Shown one piece after another: positions 15,996-24,000 of a DNA stretch of 24,000 nucleotides (within the stretch, counting starts at the first letter, position 1; every line of letters starts with the position of its first letter). Made by a program: the position numbers and the translations under genes. This stretch comes from Rhodovarius crocodyli (GTDB lineage Bacteria > Pseudomonadota > Alphaproteobacteria > Acetobacterales > Acetobacteraceae). Location: positions 16,146 through 40,145 of the forward strand of contig CAMDJV010000016.1 in assembly GCA_945901085.1 (NCBI GenBank), written 5' to 3'. The notes below the pieces were generated by a model. That model ran no database searches, had not been told where the DNA came from, and saw only the letters and a list, made by a program, of their open reading frames with translations.

Positions 15996-16811
15996 TCAAA
16001 ACCCCGGCATCAGCTGCGACAGGCGCCCACCCACCCGCAACGCGCCCACCTGCTTGGCCAGGCCCGTCGCGTCATCGGTTTCAACGAATACCCCGCACAG
16101 CGTGGCCTCGCCCTCGGCGGGGGCGAGTTTCTCGCCCGGCACTTTCTTCCAAAACCGCAGCGCCGCCGCACCCTTCTGCATGCCGATAATGCTGTCGTAA
16201 TCGCCGCACATCCCCGCATCGGTCATATAGGCGGTGCCGCCGGCCAGAATCTGATGGTCAGCCGTGGGCGCATGGGTGTGGGTGCCCACAATCAGCGATG
16301 CCAGCCCGTCAAAACTATGGCCCATGGCCTGTTTCTCGCTGCTCGCCTCGGCATGCACATCCACCACCGCCGCCTGCACCGCCCGGCCCAGCGGGTGTTT
16401 TTGCAACTCCGCCTGCACGGCGCGGAAGGGGTCATCCAGCGCATCCATGAACAACCGCCCCATCACATTGATGACCAGCGCCTTGCGGCCATCATCGAGC
16501 ACCGCCACAAAGGACCCGCGCCCTGGGGTGCCAGGCGGGAAATTGATCGGCCGCACCACCCGATGCTCGACCTCCAGATAGGGGATGATCTCCTTACGGT
16601 CCCAGGCATGGTTGCCCAGGGTGATCACATCGGTGCCGGCCAGGAAGAAGGCGCGCGCCATCTCCGGCGCCAAGCCAAAGCCATGGCTGGCATTCTCGCC
16701 ATTGACCACCACGAGATCGGCGCGAAGGGCGGCGCGAAGGCCAGGGAGCTTGTCGGTCAGGGCATCGCGGCCGCTGCGGCCCACGATATCGCCCAGGAAG
16801 AGGATGCGCAT
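15996..16811 (-). CDS. YmdB-family metallophosphoesterase (2',3'-cyclic-nucleotide phosphodiesterase-like)
   Basis: MRILFLGDIVGRSGR, VVVNGENASHGFG, GNHAWD and VDVHAEASSEKQAMG...GTHTHAPTAD are the calcineurin-like/YmdB motifs. I place the start at ATG 16811, 11 codons inside the track ORF. Confidence 0.88.
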   Translation of the reverse strand: MRILFLGDIVGRSGRDALTDKLPGLRAALRADLVVVNGENASHGFGLAPEMARAFFLAGTDVITLGNHAWDRKEIIPYLEVEHRVVRPINFPPGTPGRGSFVAVLDDGRKALVINVMGRLFMDALDDPFRAVQAELQKHPLGRAVQAAVVDVHAEASSEKQAMGHSFDGLASLIVGTHTHAPTADHQILAGGTAYMTDAGMCGDYDSIIGMQKGAAALRFWKKVPGEKLAPAEGEATLCGVFVETDDATGLAKQVGALRVGGRLSQLMPGF

Positions 16812-16912
16812 GCCCCGCCATAGCGCCCCCGCGCCCGGCGGCAAAGCCAGCCTATGCTTGACGCTGCCCCGCGCCCCCCGCAGCCTTGCGGCAAAACAGG
16901 AAATGCCCGCCC

Positions 16913-17866
16913 ATGCGCCTCACCCGCCGCGCCAGTATTCTCGCCACCCTCGCCACACCGGCCCTGGCGCAAACCTATCCCGAGCGCGCTATCCGGCTGA
17001 TCATCCCCTATAGCGCCGGCGGCGTGGCGGATACCATCGCCCGCACCATCCAGCCGAAAATGGCCGAGCATCTGGGCCAATCCCTGGTGGTGGAAAACCG
17101 CACCGGCGCCTCGGGCGCCATCGCCGCCGCAGCCCTCGCCCAATCCGCCCCGGATGGCCACACCTTCATGCTGGAGGGCGCGACCTTCGCCACCCTGCCC
17201 CTGGTCAGCCGCTCCCTGCCGGTGGATTACGAAACCGCCTTCACCCCGGTCGCCCAGGTCACCTCCCAGCCCTATTATTTGGCCGTGCATCAGAATTTCC
17301 CGGCCGAGGATTTTCAGGGATTTCTCGCCGCCGCCCGCGCCCGGCCCGGGCAGATCACCTATGGCACGCCCGGCCACGCCCATATCGGCCATTTCATGGG
17401 GGAATTGATTCAACTCCGCGCCGGCGTGCGGCTGGAACACATCCCCTATCGCGGTGGCGCCGATGCGTCGCGCGAGGTGGGCACGGGGCGGATCGATGCC
17501 GCCATCATCAGCCATTCCAGCCTCATCCCGGCCCTACAGGCCAATCGCGCCCGGCTCATAGCCGTCACCAGCGCCGAGCGACGGCCCCTCACCCCGCAAA
17601 CCCCGGCGATCAGCGAGATTCTCCCCGGCTATGATCTGGTCTCCTGGACCGGGTTTTTCGCCCCCAGCGGCAGCCCGCCCGCAGCATTGGCGCGCTTCAC
17701 CCAGGCCCTACACCACGCAATCCAGGACCCGGCCACGCGCGAGCGGCTTATCGCCGGCGGCAATGACCCCATCCTCTCCGATGGCCCCGCCTATGCCGCG
17801 CTCATCAACCGGGACCGCGCGGTGGCACGCGACATCCTGGCCAATGCGCCCGGCCTGCGCGGCTGA
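16913..17866 (+). CDS. Bug/TctC-family tripartite tricarboxylate transporter periplasmic binding protein (no adjacent TctA/B)
   Basis: Signal peptide MRLTRRASILATLATPALAQ, then YPERAIRLIIPYSAGGVADTIAR and VVENRTGASGAIAA, which are typical Bug-family motifs. I place the start at ATG 16913 rather than the track's TTG at 16886. Confidence 0.88.
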   Translation: MRLTRRASILATLATPALAQTYPERAIRLIIPYSAGGVADTIARTIQPKMAEHLGQSLVVENRTGASGAIAAAALAQSAPDGHTFMLEGATFATLPLVSRSLPVDYETAFTPVAQVTSQPYYLAVHQNFPAEDFQGFLAAARARPGQITYGTPGHAHIGHFMGELIQLRAGVRLEHIPYRGGADASREVGTGRIDAAIISHSSLIPALQANRARLIAVTSAERRPLTPQTPAISEILPGYDLVSWTGFFAPSGSPPAALARFTQALHHAIQDPATRERLIAGGNDPILSDGPAYAALINRDRAVARDILANAPGLRG

Positions 17867-19195
17867 TCAGGCCCCGGCCAGGGTCATCCCTTCCACCCGC
17901 AGCGTCGGCGCATCCGTGCCGCGCTTGAAAATGAGGTCCGAGGCCGGACACATGTTCAGGAACATCTCCTGCAATTTGCCCGCAACGGTCATCTCGCTCA
18001 CCGCCTCGGCCAATTGGCCATTGCGGATCATGAAACCCGAGGCGCCACGGCTGTAATCGCCGGTCACCGCATTCACGCTCATGCCGATCATCTCGGTGAT
18101 GTAGAGGCCCTCGCGGATATCGGCGATCAGCTCAGCCGGCGTGGCGCTGCCCGGGGCGAGCCAGAGATTGGTCGCCGAAGGCGAAGGCGGGCCGCCCGTG
18201 CCACGGCTGGCATGGCCGGTGCTGGCCAGCTTGAGTTGCCGGGCGCTGCGGCCATCCAGCAGCCAACTCATCAACACGCCATCCTCAACCAGGGTGAGCG
18301 GCGCGCAAGGCGTGCCCTCGGCATCGAAGGGGCGTGAGCGGGCCCCGCGCGGGCGGGTGGCGTCATCCATCACCCGCAGCCCGGCAGCCAGCACCCGCTG
18401 GCCCATGCTGTCCTTGAGGAAGGAGGTGCCGCGGGCGACCGAGGCGCCATTGATCGCACTCGACAAATGCCCAATCAGGCTGCCCGAGACGCGCGGCGCA
18501 TAAACCACGGGCAAGCGCGCCGTGGCCGGCCGGCGCGGGTTGAGGCGGCTGACCGCCTGTTCCCCAGCCCGGCGGCCAATCAGCCCCGCATCCTCCAAAT
18601 CGGCCAAATGCACGGCGGAGGAATAATCATAATCCCGCTCCATCGCCGTGCCGCTGCCGGCCAGCGCGGTGGCCGAGATGGAATGGCCGGTGCGGGCATA
18701 TTCGCCGGCAAAACCGGCCGAGGTGACCATGGCGATGCGCAGCCGGCTCCAACCCGCCTCCGCCCCCTCGCTATTGGTCACGCCAGCCACGGCCAGCGCC
18801 GCCTCCTCGGCGATGGCCGCGCGTTCAATCAGCGCCTCGGCGCTGGGCTCGCTCGGGTCATGCAGGTCGAGCGGCGTGGCATCGGGTGCCGCACGGGGCT
18901 CCAGCAGGCCACAAAACGGGTCCGCCGGCACCACCCGGGCCATGGCCACCGCCTGTTCGGCCAGGCGGGCGAAGCCTGCAGGGTCGGTATCACTGCTGCT
19001 GATGATGGCCTGGCGGAGGCCAATGAAAACCCGCAGGCCAATATCCAGCCCCTCGGCGCGCTCCAGATGCTCGAGCTTGCCCAGGCGGCGCTGCACCGAG
19101 AGGCTGGCATTTTCCACCAGCAGCGCATCGGCGGAATCGGCCCCGGCCTGGCGCGCGGCGGTGATGAGGGCGGCAAGCCGGTCCAGGCGGTTCAT
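17867..19195 (-). CDS. pmbA: PmbA/TldE-family metalloprotease
   Basis: 442 aa from ATG 19195 (MNRLDRLAALI...). MERDYDYSS, TSFLKDSMGQRV, PFDAEG, LKLASTGHA and AVTGDYSRGASGFMIRNGQLAEAVSEMTVAGKLQEMF align with my recollection of E. coli PmbA. ATGA overlap with the upstream M16 stop. Confidence 0.88.
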   Translation of the reverse strand: MNRLDRLAALITAARQAGADSADALLVENASLSVQRRLGKLEHLERAEGLDIGLRVFIGLRQAIISSSDTDPAGFARLAEQAVAMARVVPADPFCGLLEPRAAPDATPLDLHDPSEPSAEALIERAAIAEEAALAVAGVTNSEGAEAGWSRLRIAMVTSAGFAGEYARTGHSISATALAGSGTAMERDYDYSSAVHLADLEDAGLIGRRAGEQAVSRLNPRRPATARLPVVYAPRVSGSLIGHLSSAINGASVARGTSFLKDSMGQRVLAAGLRVMDDATRPRGARSRPFDAEGTPCAPLTLVEDGVLMSWLLDGRSARQLKLASTGHASRGTGGPPSPSATNLWLAPGSATPAELIADIREGLYITEMIGMSVNAVTGDYSRGASGFMIRNGQLAEAVSEMTVAGKLQEMFLNMCPASDLIFKRGTDAPTLRVEGMTLAGA

Positions 19196-20460
19196 GCCGA
19201 GAGGCTTTCGCTGATCTGCGCCAGCCCCGGCACTTTCCCCGCCGGGCCCAGCGCTGCCAGGGTGGGTTTGCCGCGAAAAATCTTCGCCGCCACCGCCTGA
19301 ATATCGGCCACCGTCACGGCGGCGATTTTCTGCTTGGTTTCCTCGGTGGGGATGATGCGGCCATGCACCTGCCATTGCCGGGCCAGTTGTTCGCAGCGGC
19401 TGCCGGTGCTCTCCAGGCTCATCAGCAGCGAGGCGCGAAGCTGTGCCTTGGCGCGGTTCAACTCATCCTCGGTCACATCATGCTGCACCCGGCGCAATTC
19501 CTCGAGGGTGACGGGGATAAGCTCCGCCGCCTCCTTCTCACCAGTGCCGGCATAGATGGCGAAAAGCCCGCTATCATCGAAGGGCTGGGTATAGCTGTAA
19601 ATGGAATAGACCAGCCCGCGCTTCTCGCGGATTTCCTGGAATAGCCGCGAGGACATGCCACCGCCCAATAGGGTGGAAAGCAGCATGGCGGCATGGCTCT
19701 CCTGGGCGCGATAGGCCAGGCTCTCGAAGCCGAGAACGATATGCACCTGGTCGAGATCACGCTCCTCGCGGAATTCGCCGCCGGTGTAGCGGGCGGCCTC
19801 GGCAGCCGGTGCGGGCTGCTGCGGCAGGCCGGCGAAATGGCTGCGCGCGAGGTCGAGCACGGCGGCGTGTTCCACCGCCCCGGCCGCGGCCACCACCATG
19901 TTTTTCGGGCCGTAATGCGCCTGCATATAGCCGGTCAGTGCGCCGCGCTGCATCTGCTTGATGATAGCCTCATCGCCCAAGGTGGGGCGGCCCATCGCCT
20001 GGTCGGCATAGGCGGTGTTTTGGAAATGGTCGAAGATGATGTCGTCCGGCGTGTCATTCGCCTGGCCGATCTCTTGCAGAATCACGCCGCGCTCGCGCTC
20101 CAGCTCCTCAGGCACAAAGGCGGAATTGGTCAGGATATCGCCGATGATATCAGCGGCGAGCGCCACATCCTCCTTCAACACCTTGCAGTAATAGGCGGTG
20201 TTTTCGCGGGCGGTATAGGCGTTGATTTGGCCCCCGACATTCTCAATCTCACGCGCAATGGCCGCCGCATCCCGGCGCGCAGTGCCCTTGAAGGCCATGT
20301 GTTCGAGGAAATGCGAGGCGCCATTCACCGCCGCATCCTCATGGCGGGTGCCGGCGGCGACATAGGCGCCGAAGGAGACGGTCTCCACCCGCGGCATGGT
20401 CTCGGTGACGATGGTGAGGCCGCTGGGCAGGGTGGTGACCTGGATGGCATCGCTGGGCAA
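19192..20460 (-). CDS. M16-family (pitrilysin / MPP-beta-like) zinc peptidase
   Basis: 422 aa. Carries the inverted zinc motif HFLEHMAFKGT (HxxEH), NAYTARENTAYY and two M16 half-domains. TTG start with AGGA 8 nt upstream. Confidence 0.88.
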   Translation of the reverse strand: MPSDAIQVTTLPSGLTIVTETMPRVETVSFGAYVAAGTRHEDAAVNGASHFLEHMAFKGTARRDAAAIAREIENVGGQINAYTARENTAYYCKVLKEDVALAADIIGDILTNSAFVPEELERERGVILQEIGQANDTPDDIIFDHFQNTAYADQAMGRPTLGDEAIIKQMQRGALTGYMQAHYGPKNMVVAAAGAVEHAAVLDLARSHFAGLPQQPAPAAEAARYTGGEFREERDLDQVHIVLGFESLAYRAQESHAAMLLSTLLGGGMSSRLFQEIREKRGLVYSIYSYTQPFDDSGLFAIYAGTGEKEAAELIPVTLEELRRVQHDVTEDELNRAKAQLRASLLMSLESTGSRCEQLARQWQVHGRIIPTEETKQKIAAVTVADIQAVAAKIFRGKPTLAALGPAGKVPGLAQISESLSA

Positions 20461-20508
20461 GGTTGGGTTCCTGAGGGAATATTTGCTGGGTATTTTGGCG
20501 GCAAAACC

Positions 20509-20529
20509 GCCCCCACGCCATATGGGGGC
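20509..20529 (-). terminator. Hairpin GCCCCCA-N7-TGGGGGC followed by GGTTTTG on the minus strand, after the GDPD gene
   Basis: 7-bp GC-rich stem with a 7-nt loop and a short T-run downstream on the minus strand. It overlaps a second possible hairpin, GGCGG-N5-CCGCC (20497-20511). Confidence 0.4.
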
Positions 20530-20541
20530 CAGTGCAGGGAT

Positions 20542-21246
20542 TCAGCCGCCGCGCAGCGCCAGCGCCCGCACCGGGTCATCGGTGGTGATGGAATGCGGCG
20601 CCAGAGCGAAAGCCTGCGCCAAAGCCTCGGCCGTATCGGCCCGCCAGATATTGGTGGTGCCGGTGATGCCGGGCAGAACCCGCGGCAATTCAGCGGTTTC
20701 AAAGCCAAAGCCCAGGCCATTGCAGCCCAAACCCGCCGCATAGGCATTGAGCGAGGCCGCGCTGTGCCAGGCCATATCCGAGGGGCGGATCAGCAAATCC
20801 ATATCACCCATCGCCGCCTCGGCCAGACAGGCGGGAAGGAAGGACATCAGCCGGATGCGGGCGGGAATGCGGGCCAGATCAACCCGCACCGCCGCCAAGA
20901 GGGCGGGAACATGGTGGTTCTGATGATCCGCCTTGATTTCCAGCCGCAGCAATTTGCCGCTGGCCGCCACCAATTCGAGCAAGTCGGCCAGGCGTGGCAG
21001 CCCTTCATTCAGCCCGCGCAGCCGCGTTGCCGACAATTCGGCGGCCGTCCGATGCGCCACAGGCCCCGAACCCTCGGTGGTACGCTCCAGCGTCGCATCA
21101 TGATGCACCATGGCCACGCCATCGGCCGAGAGATGGACATCGCATTCCACCTCCTCAATCGGCAAGGCAAGGGCATGGCGGAAGGCGGTGAGCGAGTTTT
21201 CCGGCCAAAGCAGGGCGCCGCCGCGATGGGCGCAAATGCTGCTCAT
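20542..21246 (-). CDS. Glycerophosphodiester phosphodiesterase (GDPD) family protein
   Basis: 234 aa. ICAHRGGALLWPENSLTAFRHAL...VECDVHLSADGVAMVHHDATLERTT matches the GDPD catalytic motifs (HR...EN...E.D.H). ATGA overlap with the thrC stop. Confidence 0.85.
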   Translation of the reverse strand: MSSICAHRGGALLWPENSLTAFRHALALPIEEVECDVHLSADGVAMVHHDATLERTTEGSGPVAHRTAAELSATRLRGLNEGLPRLADLLELVAASGKLLRLEIKADHQNHHVPALLAAVRVDLARIPARIRLMSFLPACLAEAAMGDMDLLIRPSDMAWHSAASLNAYAAGLGCNGLGFGFETAELPRVLPGITGTTNIWRADTAEALAQAFALAPHSITTDDPVRALALRGG

Positions 21247-22643
21247 GCGTTGCGCCGGGCATGGGCCCGCACAAAATTCTCAAGCCCCTCCAGCGCATTG
21301 GGCAGCACGGTGAAGCGCTCCTCCCGCTCATAAAGATCCGCCAGATGCGGCGGCAGCGCCGGCGCCTCGCCCAGTGCCGCGCGCACGGCATCGGGGAATT
21401 TCGCCGGATGGGCGGTGGCGGCGATGATCACCGGCACATCCGCAGGGCCCGGATGGGCGCGCGCCGCAGCCGTGCCCACTGCGGTATGCGGGTCGGCCAC
21501 ATAGCCACTCTCACGCTTCAACCGGCGCATTTCTTCGAGCGTTCCGGCGTCATCCAGCGCAAAGCCATGGAAGCGGGCGGTCGCGGCCCGCCAGGCGGCA
21601 TCGGGCACCGGCATCCGCCCCTCGGCGCGGAAGCGCGTCATTTGCTCGGCCGTGGCGGCAGCATCGCGCCCCAGCAATTCGAACAGCAACCGCTCGAAAT
21701 TCGACGAGACCTGAATATCCATGCTCGGCGAGAGGCTGGGCTCAACCGGGCGCGCCGACATGTCATTGCCGGCGAGAAAACGCGCCAGAATATCATTGCG
21801 ATTGGAACCGATAATGAAGCGCTCAATCGGCAGCCCCATCCGCATGGCGGCATAGGCGGCCATCACATTGCCGAAATTGCCAGTGGGCACGCAAACCGTC
21901 ACCGGCCGATCCGGCGCGCCCAGCGCCAACGCCGCAGCGGCGTAATAGGGAATTTGCGCCGCAATCCGCGCCCAATTGATGCTGTTCACCGCCGCCAGTT
22001 TCATCTCGGTGCGGAAGGGCGCGTCATTGAACATCGCCTTCACCGCATCCTGGCAATCATCAAAGCTGCCCTGCACCGCGATATTGGCCACATTGGGAGA
22101 GAGCACACTGGTCATCTGCCGCCGCTGCACCTCGGAGGTGCGGTTCTCCGGATGGAGGATGACGATATCAATCGCCGCACGGTCCCGGCAGGCCTCGATG
22201 GCGGCCGAACCGGTATCGCCGCTGGTGGCGCCCACAATGGTGATACGCTCGCCCCGCCGCGCCAGAACATGGTCAAACAGCCGGCCCAGCAATTGCAGCG
22301 CCACATCCTTGAAGGCCAGGGTGGGGCCATGGAACAATTCCAGCGCGAAATGCCGCTCATCCAGCTGCACCAGCGGCACCACCGCAGCATGGGCGAAGCT
22401 GCCATAGGATTCCTGGCACATCCGCCGCAAATCAGCCTCGGCAATCGCCTCGCCCATAAAGGGCAGCAGCAGCCGGGTGGCCAATTCGGCATAGGGCAGG
22501 CCGCGCAGCGCGCGCCATTCATCGGGCGAGAGGCTCGGCCAGGTCTGGGGCATGAACAGCCCGCCATCCTCGGCGAGACCGGCCAGCAGAACACCTTCAA
22601 AGCCGCGGGGCGCGGCCTGGCCGCGGGTGGAAATATAGCGCAT
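21243..22643 (-). CDS. thrC: Threonine synthase
   Basis: 466 aa. Contains MRYISTRG, the PLP-lysine motif HGPTLAFKDVALQ, and VGATSGDTGSAAIEA. Confidence 0.93.
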   Translation of the reverse strand: MRYISTRGQAAPRGFEGVLLAGLAEDGGLFMPQTWPSLSPDEWRALRGLPYAELATRLLLPFMGEAIAEADLRRMCQESYGSFAHAAVVPLVQLDERHFALELFHGPTLAFKDVALQLLGRLFDHVLARRGERITIVGATSGDTGSAAIEACRDRAAIDIVILHPENRTSEVQRRQMTSVLSPNVANIAVQGSFDDCQDAVKAMFNDAPFRTEMKLAAVNSINWARIAAQIPYYAAAALALGAPDRPVTVCVPTGNFGNVMAAYAAMRMGLPIERFIIGSNRNDILARFLAGNDMSARPVEPSLSPSMDIQVSSNFERLLFELLGRDAAATAEQMTRFRAEGRMPVPDAAWRAATARFHGFALDDAGTLEEMRRLKRESGYVADPHTAVGTAAARAHPGPADVPVIIAATAHPAKFPDAVRAALGEAPALPPHLADLYEREERFTVLPNALEGLENFVRAHARRNA

Positions 22644-22668
22644 GGCCGGGCTTATAACCCGGCTGCGG

Positions 22669-24000
22669 TCAATCAGTCAGGTAGCGCCGGGTCAAATGCG
22701 CGGTGAAATCGGCAGGGTCGAGCGCTTTGCCGGTGGCAGAGCGCAGCAAATCCTGAAACCCCAGCCGGCTGCCCTGGGCATGCAGATTGACCCGCAGCCA
22801 ACCCAACAGCGGGCTAGCGTCACCCTGCGCCAAGGCGGCATCCAGCCCCGGCGTGGCGGCCCGCGCCGCCCCCATCAACTGGGCGGCGGCCATGGCACCC
22901 AAGGTATAGCTGGGGAAATAGCCAAAGGCGCCATCATGCCAATGGATATCCTGCAGGCAGCCCTGCGCGTCATCGGGCGGCGTGATGCCCAGCAACTGCT
23001 GCAGCCCCTCCCCCCAGGCCTGCGGCAGATCAGCCACCGCCAGATCGCCCGAAATCAGCGCCCGCTCCAGCCGGAACCGCAAAATGACATGCGCCGGATA
23101 GGTGATCTCATCGGCATCAACGCGAATGAAACCCCGCCGCACATGGCGCCAGAGCTTGGCCAGATTCGCCCCTTCATAAGCCGCCGCCTCACCGCCATAA
23201 GCCGCCTGCAACTCCCGGCCGAGAAAGCCCAAAAACGCATCGCCCCGGCAGGCCTGCATTTCAATGATGAGCGACTGGCTCTCATGCGCCGCCATGCCGG
23301 CCGCCTCGCCCACCGGCTGGCGGCGATAGGCCTCGGGCAGGCCGCGCTCATACAGCGCATGGCCGGTTTCATGCAGCACCCCCAGCAGCGCCTGGGCGAC
23401 ATCGCCCTCATGGTAGCGGGTGGTGATGCGCACATCGCTCGGCGTGCCGCCGCAAAACGGATGGGTGCTCTCATCCAGCCTGGCATGGCTGTATTCGAGG
23501 CCCATGCGCGCGCTCATCGCCTGCGCCATCGCCTTCTGCGTGGCGACGGGAAATGGCCCCTGAAGCGGGATGGCCGGCCCCCGCCTCGCCTGAATCTCGA
23601 GGGCACGCGGCAGCGCCTCGGCCAAAAAACCCTCATAGGTGGCGAAGATCGGCTCGACCTCGGCAGCGGTCACACCGCGCTGAAAACCATCCATCAGCGC
23701 ATCATAAGGGCTGAGATCAAGCGCGGTGGCGAGCGCCTGGGCGGTCTGACGCTGCAGGCGCACCACCTCCTCCAAAGCCGGACGAACCAGGGCGAAATCC
23801 GCGCTCTTGCGCGCCTCACGCCAGATTTTCTCGCAGCGGCTATTGGCCAGCGAGACGGCCTCCACCAGCGCGGTGTCCAAGGCGGTGGCGCGGATATGGC
23901 CGTGGCGCATCAGCGCCAGGTTGGCCTCTTCCCATTCGCCCTCGGCCTCGGCTGCGGCGAGATCCTCGGCCACCTCGGGGGCAATGGCCAATTCATGCAT
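22669..24000 (-). CDS. M32 (Taq-type) metallocarboxypeptidase, 5' end outside the window
   Basis: HPFCGG, the zinc motif HETGHALYE (HExxH), HESQS, IRVDADEITYPAHVILRFRLE and DIHWHDGAFGYFPSYTLG. About 50-60 N-terminal residues appear to be missing compared with Taq carboxypeptidase as I recall it. The ATG at the window edge is probably coincidental. Confidence 0.88.
   Translation of the reverse strand: MHELAIAPEVAEDLAAAEAEGEWEEANLALMRHGHIRATALDTALVEAVSLANSRCEKIWREARKSADFALVRPALEEVVRLQRQTAQALATALDLSPYDALMDGFQRGVTAAEVEPIFATYEGFLAEALPRALEIQARRGPAIPLQGPFPVATQKAMAQAMSARMGLEYSHARLDESTHPFCGGTPSDVRITTRYHEGDVAQALLGVLHETGHALYERGLPEAYRRQPVGEAAGMAAHESQSLIIEMQACRGDAFLGFLGRELQAAYGGEAAAYEGANLAKLWRHVRRGFIRVDADEITYPAHVILRFRLERALISGDLAVADLPQAWGEGLQQLLGITPPDDAQGCLQDIHWHDGAFGYFPSYTLGAMAAAQLMGAARAATPGLDAALAQGDASPLLGWLRVNLHAQGSRLGFQDLLRSATGKALDPADFTAHLTRRYLTD

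Noticed and set aside
23998-24000. ATG at the window edge as the true start of the M32 carboxypeptidase.
   Set aside because: The family is about 500 aa long, and the alignment I recall suggests roughly 50-60 N-terminal residues are missing. The reading frame is open to the edge, so I treat the gene as 5'-truncated.
1-24000. CRISPR arrays, rRNA genes, IS elements or prophage genes.
   Set aside because: I saw no regularly spaced direct repeats, no rRNA-like sequence, and no transposase, integrase or phage structural motifs in any frame of the ORF track or in my reading of the intergenic regions.

Overview
This is a high-GC chromosomal window that looks alphaproteobacterial (FlbD, FlbT, DUF1217 and Bug/TctC-type proteins). 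Positions 1-12880 are a flagellar locus. The minus strand carries fliK-flgD and a tightly overlapping fliF-fliG-fliN-flbD-flhA string. flhA runs off the left edge and is missing from the supplied ORF track, so I translated it by hand. Diverging from fliK on the plus strand are flgE-flgK-flgL-flbT and a DUF1217 gene. The rest is housekeeping or accessory: an AbrB-type membrane protein, tRNA-Leu(UAA), an MBL-fold hydrolase, a class II aldolase/adducin protein, a YmdB-type phosphoesterase, a Bug/TctC binding protein, PmbA, an M16 peptidase, a GDPD phosphodiesterase, ThrC and a 5'-truncated M32 carboxypeptidase. I saw no CRISPR, rRNA, transposase or integrase. Recognisable genes cover essentially the whole window, and I found no convincing new multi-gene system. 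The best leads are regulatory. Two back-to-back sigma54 promoters sit in the fliK/flgE divergent region around a CGGCA-N5-TGCCG palindrome. The only other exact copy of that palindrome in the window lies upstream of fliF, which suggests an FlbD operator/enhancer motif. Secondary leads are flbT without its usual flaF partner but abutting a DUF1217 gene, a lower-GC two-gene module between tRNA-Leu and a long perfect hairpin element, and a translationally coupled M16 peptidase-PmbA pair. The many long ORFs antisense to these genes in the track are high-GC shadow ORFs.
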